Shown in pieces: positions 45,841 to 55,981 of a stretch of 64,000 nucleotides of DNA. The position numbers and the translations under genes are program-made. This stretch comes from an uncultured delta proteobacterium (GTDB lineage: Bacteria; Desulfobacterota; Binatia; UBA9968), in the NCBI GenBank assembly GCA_963771465.1, contig CAVYTU010000017.1:384001-448000 (forward strand), written 5' to 3'. The number at the start of each line of letters is the position of its first letter. The stretch's first letter is position 1. A model generated the notes under the pieces. That model was not told the DNA's origin. It ran no database searches and saw nothing but the letters and a program-made list of their open reading frames with translations.

Positions 45841-46530
45841 ATGATCCAATTCGAGCACGTCGGGAAAACCTATCCACCTAACTATCGCGCTCTTTGCGAT
45901 ATCAATCTCGAAATTGACCGCGGCGAGTTTGTTTACCTAGTCGGCGCTAGCGGCGCGGGTAAATCGACGTTTCTCAAGCTGCTGTTTTGCGCTGAGGAAC
46001 CGAGCGCGGGAGAAATTCGCCTCAACGGAGAGAACATCGGCAAACTCAAAAGGCGCGGCGTCGCCGCGCTCCGGCGAAAAATCGGCTTGGTGTTCCAAGA
46101 GTTCAAACTGTTAACCAACTTAACGGTTGTCGATAACGTCGCTCTAGCGGCCGAGGTGACCGGCGCGTCGCAAAAAGATAGCCGAAGCAAAGCGGTAAGT
46201 CTTCTCCGGGAATTGGGAATCGACCACCGCCACCATGACATGCCGTTGGCGCTTTCGGGCGGCGAGCAGCAGCGCGTCGCCATCGCCCGGGCGCTGATTA
46301 ACGATCCGATCTTGGTTCTTGCCGATGAGCCGACGGGTAATCTCGACGCCGCAGTCGCCGACGAGACCATGCGGCTATTTGCCAAGATTCGCGCGCGCGG
46401 CGCGACGATCATTCTGGCGACCCACGATCTTAAACTGGTTAACCGCTACGGCACGCGCGTCATCTCGTTGCGGCACGGTGAATTAGTCGACGACCTCAGC
46501 CGGGTCGACGCCGGAGACGGCGCTCAGTGA
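45841..46530 (+). CDS. ftsE: Cell division ATP-binding protein FtsE
   Basis: [27 protein letters not shown]; operon with ftsX-envC. Confidence 0.92.
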   Translation: MIQFEHVGKTYPPNYRALCDINLEIDRGEFVYLVGASGAGKSTFLKLLFCAEEPSAGEIRLNGENIGKLKRRGVAALRRKIGLVFQEFKLLTNLTVVDNVALAAEVTGASQKDSRSKAVSLLRELGIDHRHHDMPLALSGGEQQRVAIARALINDPILVLADEPTGNLDAAVADETMRLFAKIRARGATIILATHDLKLVNRYGTRVISLRHGELVDDLSRVDAGDGAQ

Positions 46531-47429
46531 AATTGTCGCTGCTTGGTTTCACTCTGCGGTGGGTTGGCAACAGTCTGCGTCGACTTATTTGGAGTTATGT
46601 GCTGGCGACGGCGACAATGGCGGTGGCGCTATTTGTCTTCGGCGCGTTCTTGCTTTTGCAATCCAATTTGGACCAATTGCTCAGACAATGGAGCGAGCAG
46701 ATTCAGATAACTATTTACTTGAATAAAGAGTTGGTCGCGGCAGACATCGAAAGCTTGCGTCAGCGCTTAGCGAGCCTGCCTGAGGTGGCTGGGGTACGCT
46801 ATACTAGTTCGGAGCAGGCTTGGCGTGAGTTTCAGGGCGCTTTGGGCAAGCAGTCCGCGCTGCTCGACGGCTTACCGCGCGACCTTTTACCGGCTTCTTT
46901 CGACATCGCGCTTAAGCCGGCCCATCGTGACGAGCCGGTCGTGGAGGAACTCGCTGAGCGCCTGCGCAAAGAAAAAGCGATTACCAGCGTTGAATACCCA
47001 AAAGAGTGGGTCGAACGGTTGGCGATGATCGTGCTCGCGGTCCAATCGGCCAAATGGATTTTTGGCGGCCTGATGTTTGTGGTGACTTTTGTCATTGTCA
47101 GCGGTACGGTTAAGCTAGCGCTGGTGGCGCGCCGGGATGAGATCGAGATCATGCAGTTGGTCGGTGCCAGCGAAGAATTGATTCAAGCGCCGTTCGTGAT
47201 TGACGGTATGATTCAGGGACTTACCGGCGGCGTGATTTCGATCGCCGCACTGTGGGGCGTGTTTGCGCTGGTACGGAGCGAAATGCCGACCTTGGCCGTT
47301 TTCCTGGCGCCACGCGCCGAACCGCAGTTTTTGGACGGCGGGACTATTTTGCTCGTTATAGCGATGGGCTTGTTATTGGGAGCGTCGGGTAGTTTATTTT
47401 CGCTTAGGAGATTTATCCAGACATGGTAG
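46527..47429 (+). CDS. ftsX: Cell division permease FtsX
   Basis: 4 TM segments plus periplasmic loop, ARRDEIEIMQLVGA; GTGA overlap with ftsE. Confidence 0.92.
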   Translation: MKLSLLGFTLRWVGNSLRRLIWSYVLATATMAVALFVFGAFLLLQSNLDQLLRQWSEQIQITIYLNKELVAADIESLRQRLASLPEVAGVRYTSSEQAWREFQGALGKQSALLDGLPRDLLPASFDIALKPAHRDEPVVEELAERLRKEKAITSVEYPKEWVERLAMIVLAVQSAKWIFGGLMFVVTFVIVSGTVKLALVARRDEIEIMQLVGASEELIQAPFVIDGMIQGLTGGVISIAALWGVFALVRSEMPTLAVFLAPRAEPQFLDGGTILLVIAMGLLLGASGSLFSLRRFIQTW

Positions 47430-48577
47430 TGGTTAGGCGGCGCAAACTGAAGTCGAGCTTGGTTTGGTTGGCGGCGCTACCGTGGCTCGTAGGCGCAGCC
47501 GCGGTCGATCGCGATCTCGAAGGCATCAGGAAAAAAATCGACAGCGAAAAAAAAGAACTGTCCGAGCTCAAGGCGAAGGAAGGCTCGGTACGCCAATCAT
47601 TGGGCAAGATCGAAAGCGACCTCAAACAGCGCAGCCGCGAGCTCAAAACCGCCAGCGCCAAGTTGACCCTGCTCGGGCGTGAAGTCGAAAATAAGCGAGC
47701 CGAAGCCGCACGGCTCGACCGCACCCTTACCGAGCGCCAGGATGTGCTTTCTAAGCGTGCTCTAGCGCTCTATCGTTGGCAGCGCGGCGGCAGTGTATTG
47801 GCGTTGCTTCACGGCGCAGAATCGTTGCGCGAATTGACGCAACGCAAGCATTACCTTCAAGTCGCGCTTTCATTCGATCAAGACTTGCTCGCGCAAATGC
47901 GCCAAGAAAGCGAACGGCAAGCGGTCGTGCGCCGAGAGCTGGCGGACAAACACGCTGAGTTGGAAAACCAGAAGCAGGTGCTCGGCGCGGCCCAAGAAGC
48001 TGTGCGTCAGGAGGCCGAGAAGAAAAAAGTCTTGCTCGCTAGCCTGGGCCAGGAAAAAGCAGTGCGCCAGCGCGCGCTCCGCGATATGGAAGCAGCGGCG
48101 CAGCGTTTGGCGCGCATGCTCAACGATCTGTCGCGCCGCGCTGTGGTGAAACCGGGCGATCCGCCGCCGCCGGCGTCCACTGGACGCGGTCTTGACCCGG
48201 AGCGTGGCCGCCTTGAGTGGCCGGTCCGAGGCGACGTAAGCGCCCCGTACGGCAAATTCAAACACCCGGAGTTCGCCGCCGAGATCGTCCGCAAAGGTAT
48301 CGATATCGATGCGCCGGCGGGCGATGCGGTCAAGGCGGTGGAGCGCGGCCGGGTTGCCTATGCCGACCCATTTGCCGGCTACGGTAACATGATCATCGTC
48401 GACCATGGCGAGCGCTTTTATACGGTGTACGGCCATTTGGCCCAGCTACTGAAGAAAAAAGGCGACGAGGTGCGCCGCGGTGAACCGCTGGGCCGGGTCG
48501 GCGAGGGCGATATTTATTTTGAAATGCGCAAGGATGGCCACTCTGTGGACCCCCTCGCCTGGCTGATGAAGCAATAG
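47423..48577 (+). CDS. envC: Murein hydrolase activator EnvC (coiled coil + degenerate M23)
   Basis: Long coiled coil; WPVRG, GIDI, YGNMIIVDHG, YFEMR. Confidence 0.88.
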   Translation: MVVVRRRKLKSSLVWLAALPWLVGAAAVDRDLEGIRKKIDSEKKELSELKAKEGSVRQSLGKIESDLKQRSRELKTASAKLTLLGREVENKRAEAARLDRTLTERQDVLSKRALALYRWQRGGSVLALLHGAESLRELTQRKHYLQVALSFDQDLLAQMRQESERQAVVRRELADKHAELENQKQVLGAAQEAVRQEAEKKKVLLASLGQEKAVRQRALRDMEAAAQRLARMLNDLSRRAVVKPGDPPPPASTGRGLDPERGRLEWPVRGDVSAPYGKFKHPEFAAEIVRKGIDIDAPAGDAVKAVERGRVAYADPFAGYGNMIIVDHGERFYTVYGHLAQLLKKKGDEVRRGEPLGRVGEGDIYFEMRKDGHSVDPLAWLMKQ

Positions 48578-48641
48578 CTTTTGTTGGATTGTTGGGTTAG
48601 ACTTATCTGGTCGATGTTCTTAAGCGACAAGGAGATGCGCG

Positions 48642-50003
48642 ATGCGAATCGTACGTAGACATGGCACCCCGTTACTTTTATTGATCGTCGGCATGGCATT
48701 AGGCTTTTTTCTGTCGGGCCATTGGGTACCGAACGTCGCCGCCGTTGGGCGGCAGGATTATGAAAGCCTCGAGGCGTTCAGCAATATACTTTCAATCGTC
48801 AAGAAGAACTATGTCGAGGACATAGAGACCAAAACTCTTGTCAATGGCGCGATTAATGGCATGCTCACTTCCCTCGACCCGCATAGCGCCTATCTGACGC
48901 CGGAACTCTACAAAGACTTGCAAAGCGATACTCAAGGTCGCTTTGGCGGTTTGGGCATTGAGATCACCGTCAAGGGCGGAATCTTAACCGTCGTTTCGCC
49001 CATCGAAGATACGCCTGCGGCCAAGGCCGGCATCAAACCGGGCGATCAGATTTTTAAGATAGAAGACGAATTCACCAAAGACATGTCGCTGGTCGACGCG
49101 GTCAAAAAAATGCGCGGCCTCAGGGGCACCAAGATCAATCTGACGATCCGCCGTGAAGGGGCCAACGAGTTAATAGATTTTACCTTGGTGCGCGATGTCA
49201 TTCGCGTGCAGAGCGTTCGCAGTCGCACTCTCGAGCCAGGCTATGGTTACGTTCGTCTTGCCCAGTTTCAGGAGCGTAGCGACCGCGATCTCCAGAGGGC
49301 ACTGGAAAAAATAGTCGCGGAAAAGAGCGGCCTGAAAGGGTTAGTGCTCGATCTCAGAAACAATCCGGGCGGCCTGCTGACCCAAGCGGTCAGAGTTTCG
49401 GATATGTTTTTGGACTCCGGCCTGATCGTTTATACCGAAGGCCGCATCGAGGCGCAAAAGCAAAAATACTTCGCCCAGAAAGATAACACCTCGCAGGAGT
49501 ATCCAATCGTTGTCCTGGTCAACGGCGGCAGCGCTAGCGCCTCGGAAATCGTCGCCGGCGCATTACAGGACCATAAGCGCGCAGTCGTGCTCGGCACGAA
49601 AACTTTCGGTAAAGGATCGGTGCAAACCATTTTGCCGCTGGATGACAATTCGGCGTTGCGCCTAACCACGGCGCGTTACTTTACGCCCAAGGGTCGTTCG
49701 ATTCAGGCCACGGGCATCGTGCCGGATATCATTGTCGAGGCAGTGGCGACGCAAGATGGCAAACCCGACGAACGCAAACGGTCGGGGCTGCGCGAAGAGA
49801 ACTTGCCGGGCCACCTGTCTAACCCGCAGCAGAATGGTAACTCGCAGCAAGAGCAGATCGACCGGGAGAAAGAAAAGCAGATCCCGACCACCGCCCCCAC
49901 CGGCGATGAAACCATCGACAATGATCAGCAGCTCAAGCGCGCTCTCGACTTGCTCAAGAGCTGGGACGTTTTTAAGCTAGTGGTGCAGAAAAAAGCCGCG
50001 TGA
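48642..50003 (+). CDS. ctpA: Carboxyl-terminal processing protease (S41A)
   Basis: LDPHSAY, PDZ GGLGI, DLRNNPGGLL, SASASEI, FGKGSVQ. Confidence 0.93.
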   Translation: MRIVRRHGTPLLLLIVGMALGFFLSGHWVPNVAAVGRQDYESLEAFSNILSIVKKNYVEDIETKTLVNGAINGMLTSLDPHSAYLTPELYKDLQSDTQGRFGGLGIEITVKGGILTVVSPIEDTPAAKAGIKPGDQIFKIEDEFTKDMSLVDAVKKMRGLRGTKINLTIRREGANELIDFTLVRDVIRVQSVRSRTLEPGYGYVRLAQFQERSDRDLQRALEKIVAEKSGLKGLVLDLRNNPGGLLTQAVRVSDMFLDSGLIVYTEGRIEAQKQKYFAQKDNTSQEYPIVVLVNGGSASASEIVAGALQDHKRAVVLGTKTFGKGSVQTILPLDDNSALRLTTARYFTPKGRSIQATGIVPDIIVEAVATQDGKPDERKRSGLREENLPGHLSNPQQNGNSQQEQIDREKEKQIPTTAPTGDETIDNDQQLKRALDLLKSWDVFKLVVQKKAA

Positions 50004-50031
50004 GATTTTATCTACTGTTCGTTCACCACCC

Positions 50032-50061
50032 AAAAAAGCCCTCCACTAGGAGGGCTTTTTT
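50032..50061. terminator. Bidirectional intrinsic terminator
   Basis: aaaaaagccctcc-acta-ggagggctttttt between convergent genes. Confidence 0.9.
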
Positions 50062-50138
50062 AGTTAAGCCGTAGGGCGCCGAGACCAGGAATAATGAAGA
50101 CCCTATTTGCTGAGCGCTGGGCCTTAGGTAATAAAACT

Positions 50139-50534
50139 TTAGGTCTCTTTGGCAAACGATAATTCCCAGCGGTTGCCGTCGGGGTCGAAGACGTTGATCG
50201 AGTAATTATCCGTGCCGCGGTGCGGGCGTATTTTTTCCACCATAGCGCCGTTGTCCTGCAGCGCTTTCAGCGCTTGGTCTTTTTCTTGCCAAGGAATATT
50301 GAGTGTGTGGTGCGGGTCGGCCGCGCGCGGTCCTTTCGAAGCGTCAAAGATGTGCACTTCAAAATTGCCCAGGCGCACGTCGACTTCTTTAACTTGGCCT
50401 GCTTTGAGTTGCTCTTCCGTCGGCTCGACAGTTTTGACGATCTTGCCACCGACAATCTTGGTATAGAATTGCACCGATTTGTTAAGGTCCTTGGCGCTCA
50501 TGGCGAAAGTTCTGATGCCTTTGATTTCGAACAT
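50139..50534 (-). CDS. VOC/glyoxalase family protein
   Basis: KDLNKSVQFY, DPDGNRWEL. Confidence 0.85.
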   Translation of the reverse strand: MFEIKGIRTFAMSAKDLNKSVQFYTKIVGGKIVKTVEPTEEQLKAGQVKEVDVRLGNFEVHIFDASKGPRAADPHHTLNIPWQEKDQALKALQDNGAMVEKIRPHRGTDNYSINVFDPDGNRWELSFAKET

Positions 50535-50604
50535 GGGGACCTCCTTGATTACGATCTCACGTTATTAGCGGCAAGTAGTGGGTGTCAAATAATGGCGTCA
50601 CAGT

Positions 50605-51636
50605 TTATTGCTCCATGAGCGTCTTTACCCGCGCCACTACTTCCGGCGGCTGCGACATCACTTGTCTGGCCAGTGCTTCAAGCTCTTCACCGGTCGACGG
50701 CGTGATGTCGAAATTTTTTCGTTTAGCTTCGGTCAAGAGATCGGGATCCTTCATGGTCTTTAGAAATGCGTCGCGCAGGACTCTCGTGCGCTCCGCAGGG
50801 ACTCCTGGTGGCGCGACAATCGGACGGCCGAAATCAGTCGCGGCGAGCACCATCGGTACCAAGCGGCGCTCTGATTCAGAGGTTTTATGCTCGTCCATGA
50901 GTTCGCGAAGAGTGGGCACATCCGCCAATCGCGGATCTCGTGTTTGGCCGGTCTGCATCAAAATACGCGCGAAACTCTTCTTGCGCCAGGTGTGGTACGG
51001 TTCACGGGAATGATAGGCTTGAATGGTGAAAGCGCGACAGTGCAGCTCGCCCCGCTCAACGGCCAGATCGATCTCGCCTCCTCCCTGGTAGCCCGCAACG
51101 ATGGTAAATTTAGTACCCAGCGTTTCTTCCAACAATTTTGGCATGTAGCTGCCTGAGGTGCCGGCTCCGGTGGAACCGCATTTGGGCGGTTCTTTAGCTT
51201 TTCGAACGTCGGCCAAGCTTTTGTACGGCAGATCGGCGCGCATGTAGAGAAGGTAATCCGATTTGTCTGAACTGCCGATCCAGGTGAACTTAACCCAATC
51301 GTACCTCACTTCTTTTTGTTTCAAGAGCTGGTTGAAATAGATCGACGGCTGAATCGCGCCAATCGTTAGCCCGTCGGGCTTAGAAACGTTATACAAATAA
51401 TTGGTGCCGATAATCGATCCCGCGCCCGGCATATTTTGTACGATGAAGTTGGGATTGCCGGGAATATGTTTGCCCATGAATTGCGCCATGAGACGGGCGT
51501 AAAGATCGTAAGCGCTGCCGGCGCTGGCGGCAGCGATGACGGTGATCGTCTTGCCTTGATAGAATGGGTTCTGCGCAAATAATTCCGCGCTCCAGAGAAG
51601 CATCCCGGCTAATAGCAGATTTGTCTTCATACGCAT
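50605..51636 (-). CDS. Bug/TctC tripartite tricarboxylate transporter substrate-binding protein
   Basis: Signal peptide, FYQGKTI, VQNMPGAGS, KPDGLT, AVERGE. Confidence 0.9.
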   Translation of the reverse strand: MRMKTNLLLAGMLLWSAELFAQNPFYQGKTITVIAAASAGSAYDLYARLMAQFMGKHIPGNPNFIVQNMPGAGSIIGTNYLYNVSKPDGLTIGAIQPSIYFNQLLKQKEVRYDWVKFTWIGSSDKSDYLLYMRADLPYKSLADVRKAKEPPKCGSTGAGTSGSYMPKLLEETLGTKFTIVAGYQGGGEIDLAVERGELHCRAFTIQAYHSREPYHTWRKKSFARILMQTGQTRDPRLADVPTLRELMDEHKTSESERRLVPMVLAATDFGRPIVAPPGVPAERTRVLRDAFLKTMKDPDLLTEAKRKNFDITPSTGEELEALARQVMSQPPEVVARVKTLMEQ

Positions 51637-51647
51637 CTATTCTCAGA

Positions 51648-52763
51648 TCAATTCAATCCGTAAAACCGCTTCGGATTCTTGCTCATGATTTGTTCAGCCA
51701 GTCCCTCAGATAAATCCTCTCGCGTTTGCATCGTCTGCACCAGCACCTTTTCTTCCGCCGGATCGTTGTGGCCGTAGTCGGAGCCGATAAGTAAATTATC
51801 TGCGCCGATGTATTCGGCCAAGTAGGGAATGTCTTCGTCGGCTTCGCAGGCGACATAGATGCGATAGTCGCGGAAAAGATCCTTGCATGACGCGTGTTTC
51901 CAGCGCGCGTTGGGAAAGCTTGGGCGTGGGCGGGCGGAACGTTTCAGATGATGATAGAGAAACGGCACCCAGCTGGCCGAGACCTCCAGGAAGCCAAATT
52001 TCAAGGCTGGGAACTTTTCCGGAATCTCGCCGGCGACGAGATCGCGGAATCCAATGATCGGCGGCAGATGTGAAGCCGCGAAGGTGCCGTTCAATTCCAG
52101 ATCGAAAAAATCGAGCAGGTGCCGGCAGCTCTGTCCGGTGTGGATACAGATGGGCAGGCCGAGCTTTTCAGCTTCGGCGTAGATGGGAAAGAAGTGCGGA
52201 TTGTTGAGCGTCAGCGAGCCGACGATGCCGCTGAAGAAGATTCCCACCGCGCCGTTCTGCTTGGCTTCGTGCATTTGCTTGATCGATTCATCAATAGATT
52301 TTAACGGCAGAACCGTTACCCACCGGAGTCGATTGTTGGAGTTGCGATAAACCTCGCCAAGGAACTTGTTGTAAGCGCCGCACAATGCAATTTCTAAGTT
52401 CACATCGTCGGTAATGTGGATGAGAAAAAGTGTCGGGTAGATCACTTGAGTTTCGACGCCGGCTTTGTCCATGTCGGCGAGACGGGCAGCGACGTCGGTA
52501 ATCTCGCGGCAGCCGAGGCTGATATCGGTTCTTCCCGCTTCGCGCTTCGATGCCGTCGGCGTGATAATCCGAAAGCCGCCTTTGCCCGACGCTTTGGGAA
52601 AAATGTTGCCGTCGATGAGCCACAGGACGTTGAAATCGCGATAGAGCGTGTCATCCGGCGCCGAGACCATCACCGGCCGGCGCTGATACATGCTCGGATC
52701 AAAATATTTCCACATGCTCTCGGACTCGGCGATGTGAGTGTCGGCGTCGATGATGCCCGGCAT
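51648..52763 (-). CDS. Amidohydrolase_2 family protein
   Basis: IIDADTH, ICIHTG, FGFLE, GSDYGH. Confidence 0.9.
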   Translation of the reverse strand: MPGIIDADTHIAESESMWKYFDPSMYQRRPVMVSAPDDTLYRDFNVLWLIDGNIFPKASGKGGFRIITPTASKREAGRTDISLGCREITDVAARLADMDKAGVETQVIYPTLFLIHITDDVNLEIALCGAYNKFLGEVYRNSNNRLRWVTVLPLKSIDESIKQMHEAKQNGAVGIFFSGIVGSLTLNNPHFFPIYAEAEKLGLPICIHTGQSCRHLLDFFDLELNGTFAASHLPPIIGFRDLVAGEIPEKFPALKFGFLEVSASWVPFLYHHLKRSARPRPSFPNARWKHASCKDLFRDYRIYVACEADEDIPYLAEYIGADNLLIGSDYGHNDPAEEKVLVQTMQTREDLSEGLAEQIMSKNPKRFYGLN

Positions 52764-52955
52764 ATTCAGTCTCCTTAAAACTGCGTGAAGCTCGGAAGTC
52801 TAGCTCCCTGAGTGGGTGGCTTAACACTGGCCCGCGCGCGCTGTCAATGTCGCGCTGATGCGCTTTCGCCACAGACTACGTTGACAGCTGGAAGCGAATC
52901 GGAATATACGCCATCTAGTGCGGCGCTCTATTTATCGCTAACAGGAGGCTGAATT

Positions 52956-54611
52956 ATGTTAGGTGGTCACGCAGTAGCTCAGTGTCTTCGCAACGAAGGC
53001 GTGAAATATGTTTTCAGCGTGCCGGGAGAAAGCTACATCGCTGTCGTCGATGGATTAGTTAATCATCCCGAGATCAAGCTCATCGCCAATCGTCAGGAGG
53101 GCTGCGCGGCGTTCATGGCGGAAGGTTACGCCAAAGCGACGCGCCAAGTCGGTGTCTGCATCGTCACGCGCGGCCCCGGCGCGACCAATGCGAGCATTGC
53201 GGTCCACAGTGCCAAGTACGATTCCGTGCCGCTGGTTCTTTTGGTCGGCCAAGTAGGACGCGCCGCTCGCGGCCGGGAAGCCGGCCAAGAAATCGACTAC
53301 ACGCATTTCTTCGGTTCCATCGCCAAATGGGTCATTGAGATCAACGATCCAAAACAAATTCCGCAGATCATATCCCGCGCGTTTCATCTGGCGCGCTCGG
53401 GACGGCCGGGGCCGGTGGTGGTTTCGCTGCCGCGCGATGTGATCGAGGAGAACGTCGACATCACGATGATCGATCCCTATCAAGTGGTGCGTCCGAGTCC
53501 CGACCCGGCGGCGATGGAAAGTTTGGTCGGACGGATCAACGCGGCGCGCAAGCCGGTTTTGCTCGTCGGTTCCGGCACGCAGTATGCCGGCGCGTGGCGA
53601 GAGGTGATCGAATTCGCGGAGAAGTTTCAGGTCCCTGTGCTGACAGCTTATAAACGCCAAGATGCCTTTCCCAACAGTCACCCCAACTATGCCGGTAATC
53701 TTGCCAACGCCAATCGCGGGACGCGCGCGTTGGCGACGGACGAGACTGACTTGCTCGTGGTACTCGGCTGCCGGCTCAATCAGCCGACCACCGGCGGGTT
53801 TGCCTTTCCCAAGCCCGGCCAGTCTTTTATTCAGATCGACGCAGACGAGACCTACATTGGCCAGAACTCGCGGCCGGAAATCGGCATCGTCGCCGACGCC
53901 AAGCAGGCGCTGCGCATCGCGCTGAAACATTCCGGTCCGCGGCCCAACGAGAGCCGTGCCTCATGGATCGCCGAGTTGCACGTCAAGCAGAAGGATTACG
54001 CGAGTCCTAAGGAATGTCCGACCCGGCGCGTCTCCATGGAACGGGTCATGAAGGATCTCAAGTCGGCCTTGCCGCCCAACGCGATCACGACCACGGACGC
54101 CGGCAGTTTCGGCCAATGGCACCAACGCTATCTCGAATTTGAGCAGCCCAACTCCTATATCTCGCCGACGCTAGGATGCATGGGACCGGGCGTTCCTTCC
54201 GCCGTCGGCGCGAAATTCGCGTATCCCGATCGAGTGGTCGTGTCGCACTCAGGCGACGGCGGCTTTCTCATGACCGGTCAGGAGCTGGCGACGGCGAAAC
54301 AGTATGGCGCCAACATCATCGCCATCGTTTACAACAACCAAGGTTTCAACACGATTCGCATGCATCAGGAGGCGCAGTATCCCGGCCGGCAGTACGGCAT
54401 CGCACTAGAAAATCCCGACTTCGCCGCCATGGGAGAAGCCTACGGCGCGCTCGGTTTGAAGGTCACGCGTGATGAAGAGTTCCTACCAGCATTCAAACGC
54501 GCGCTGGCCGCCGATCGCTCGGCGCTGATCGAAGTCGAGACCGACTACGAATTCGTCACGCCGACGGTAAAGCTTGCGGATTTAGCCGGCAAGAAACTGG
54601 CGGGGGATTGA
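52956..54611 (+). CDS. Thiamine pyrophosphate-dependent enzyme (acetolactate synthase-like)
   Basis: VPGESY, NRQE, TRGPGATN, GDGGFLM...YNN. Confidence 0.92.
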   Translation: MLGGHAVAQCLRNEGVKYVFSVPGESYIAVVDGLVNHPEIKLIANRQEGCAAFMAEGYAKATRQVGVCIVTRGPGATNASIAVHSAKYDSVPLVLLVGQVGRAARGREAGQEIDYTHFFGSIAKWVIEINDPKQIPQIISRAFHLARSGRPGPVVVSLPRDVIEENVDITMIDPYQVVRPSPDPAAMESLVGRINAARKPVLLVGSGTQYAGAWREVIEFAEKFQVPVLTAYKRQDAFPNSHPNYAGNLANANRGTRALATDETDLLVVLGCRLNQPTTGGFAFPKPGQSFIQIDADETYIGQNSRPEIGIVADAKQALRIALKHSGPRPNESRASWIAELHVKQKDYASPKECPTRRVSMERVMKDLKSALPPNAITTTDAGSFGQWHQRYLEFEQPNSYISPTLGCMGPGVPSAVGAKFAYPDRVVVSHSGDGGFLMTGQELATAKQYGANIIAIVYNNQGFNTIRMHQEAQYPGRQYGIALENPDFAAMGEAYGALGLKVTRDEEFLPAFKRALAADRSALIEVETDYEFVTPTVKLADLAGKKLAGD

Positions 54612-54734
54612 CCGTCGCAAGGCGGAGAAAGCGGAATGGCCGTTAAATTTATTCGAAGCGAGGAGATATTGACCGAGGGAAGACTTTGATCACCGAGACA
54701 ACAAACCTGACCTGCCGAAAAGGAGGATCGAGAA

Positions 54735-55781
54735 ATGAAGATCGTTCGATTGATCGTCTTGGTTCTTTCACTGCCGCCATTTGCCGCGGTAGCGCAAACG
54801 AAAAAGCCGGCGTCCATCGCCGAGCTGGCGGGTTACCTCGGCTCCGATCGCGAGCAAGTGCTTTACGCCGGCGCGAAGGCCGAGGGCAAGGTTGTCTGGT
54901 ACACTTCACTCGCGGGTGGGTCGTACAAAGAGATCGCCGAAGTTTTCGAGAAAAAATATTCCGGCGTGAAGGTCGAGTCGTTTCGAGCCTCGGGGAGCGA
55001 ATTGACCGTCAAATTGGAGGAAGAGACCAAAGCCCGTCGCTATATCGCTGACGCCATTGAAACGACCGAAGGCAACCTTATGTTCATGCGCGACGGCAAA
55101 TTACTCAGGCCGTACAGTTCCCCACATCTAAAATCCTACCCTGATGACGCCAAAGAGCCGGCGGGAAAAGGTCTCTATTATTGGGCGCTGGCGAGAGAGT
55201 CTTATATCGGCTTCATGTACAACAAGACACTTGTTCAGAAAGGGATTTTACCGAAGAACTTCGACACACTGCTTAATCCCGAGCTCAAAGGCCGGATGGG
55301 CATCAGTGTCGGCGAGACCAGCGGCAAAATCCTCGGCGCAATGATCCGCAGCAAAGGCGAGGAGTTTGTCAAAAAGTTAAAATCCCAGGAGATCAGACTT
55401 TACTCCATCGACGCGCCGGCGCTGGTCAATGTGATCGCGTCTGGAGAGATCGTCGCTTCGCCGGCGATCTTTCAAACCCATACGCTGCTCGCGGCGTCAA
55501 AAGGCGCGCCGCTGGAGTGGGTGCCGATGGATTTGGTGCCGACCAACGTGGGCAGCGCCGCGGTGGCGGCCAATCCGCCCCATCCTCATGGCGCGTTGCT
55601 GATGGCTGACTTCTTGTTGAGTCCGGACGGGCAAGCCGTGCTCGAAAAATATTACTACGGCAGCGCGACCAAGGAACACGGATTCAAAAAATGGCGTCCT
55701 GAACGTGGCTTGACGACCGACAACTACGAAAAAGAGCTGCTTCGTTGGGAAAAACTTTTGAAGGAGATCACGCGGAAATGA
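54735..55781 (+). CDS. Extracellular solute-binding protein (AfuA/Fe3+-type fold)
   Basis: Signal peptide, GAKAEGKVVWYTSL, FEKKY, PHPHGALL. Confidence 0.88.
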   Translation: MKIVRLIVLVLSLPPFAAVAQTKKPASIAELAGYLGSDREQVLYAGAKAEGKVVWYTSLAGGSYKEIAEVFEKKYSGVKVESFRASGSELTVKLEEETKARRYIADAIETTEGNLMFMRDGKLLRPYSSPHLKSYPDDAKEPAGKGLYYWALARESYIGFMYNKTLVQKGILPKNFDTLLNPELKGRMGISVGETSGKILGAMIRSKGEEFVKKLKSQEIRLYSIDAPALVNVIASGEIVASPAIFQTHTLLAASKGAPLEWVPMDLVPTNVGSAAVAANPPHPHGALLMADFLLSPDGQAVLEKYYYGSATKEHGFKKWRPERGLTTDNYEKELLRWEKLLKEITRK

Positions 55782-55790
55782 GGGAAGAAA

Positions 55791-55871
55791 GGATTGGAGT
55801 GATGGAGTATCGGAATGTTGGATTGCTGGGTCCGGCAACATCACTCCAATACTCCACCACTCCAGTACTCC
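55791..55871. repeat. Imperfect inverted repeat with 8-bp-periodic arms
   Basis: tggagtga tggagtat cggaatgt tggattgc ... tcactcca atactcca ccactcca gtactcc. Confidence 0.8.
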
Positions 55872-55981
55872 GTTCCGTTATAGAGGGGATCATGATGAAC
55901 GGCATGTCGGGCCCTTGTGGCTCTTTAAAATTCACTAGAAGCGTAATAAGGATTTAATAACGTTTCTGACGTAAGGAGAAT

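Noticed and set aside
45841-50003. ftsE-ftsX-envC-ctpA as a novelty
   Set aside because: A common conserved cell-division operon.
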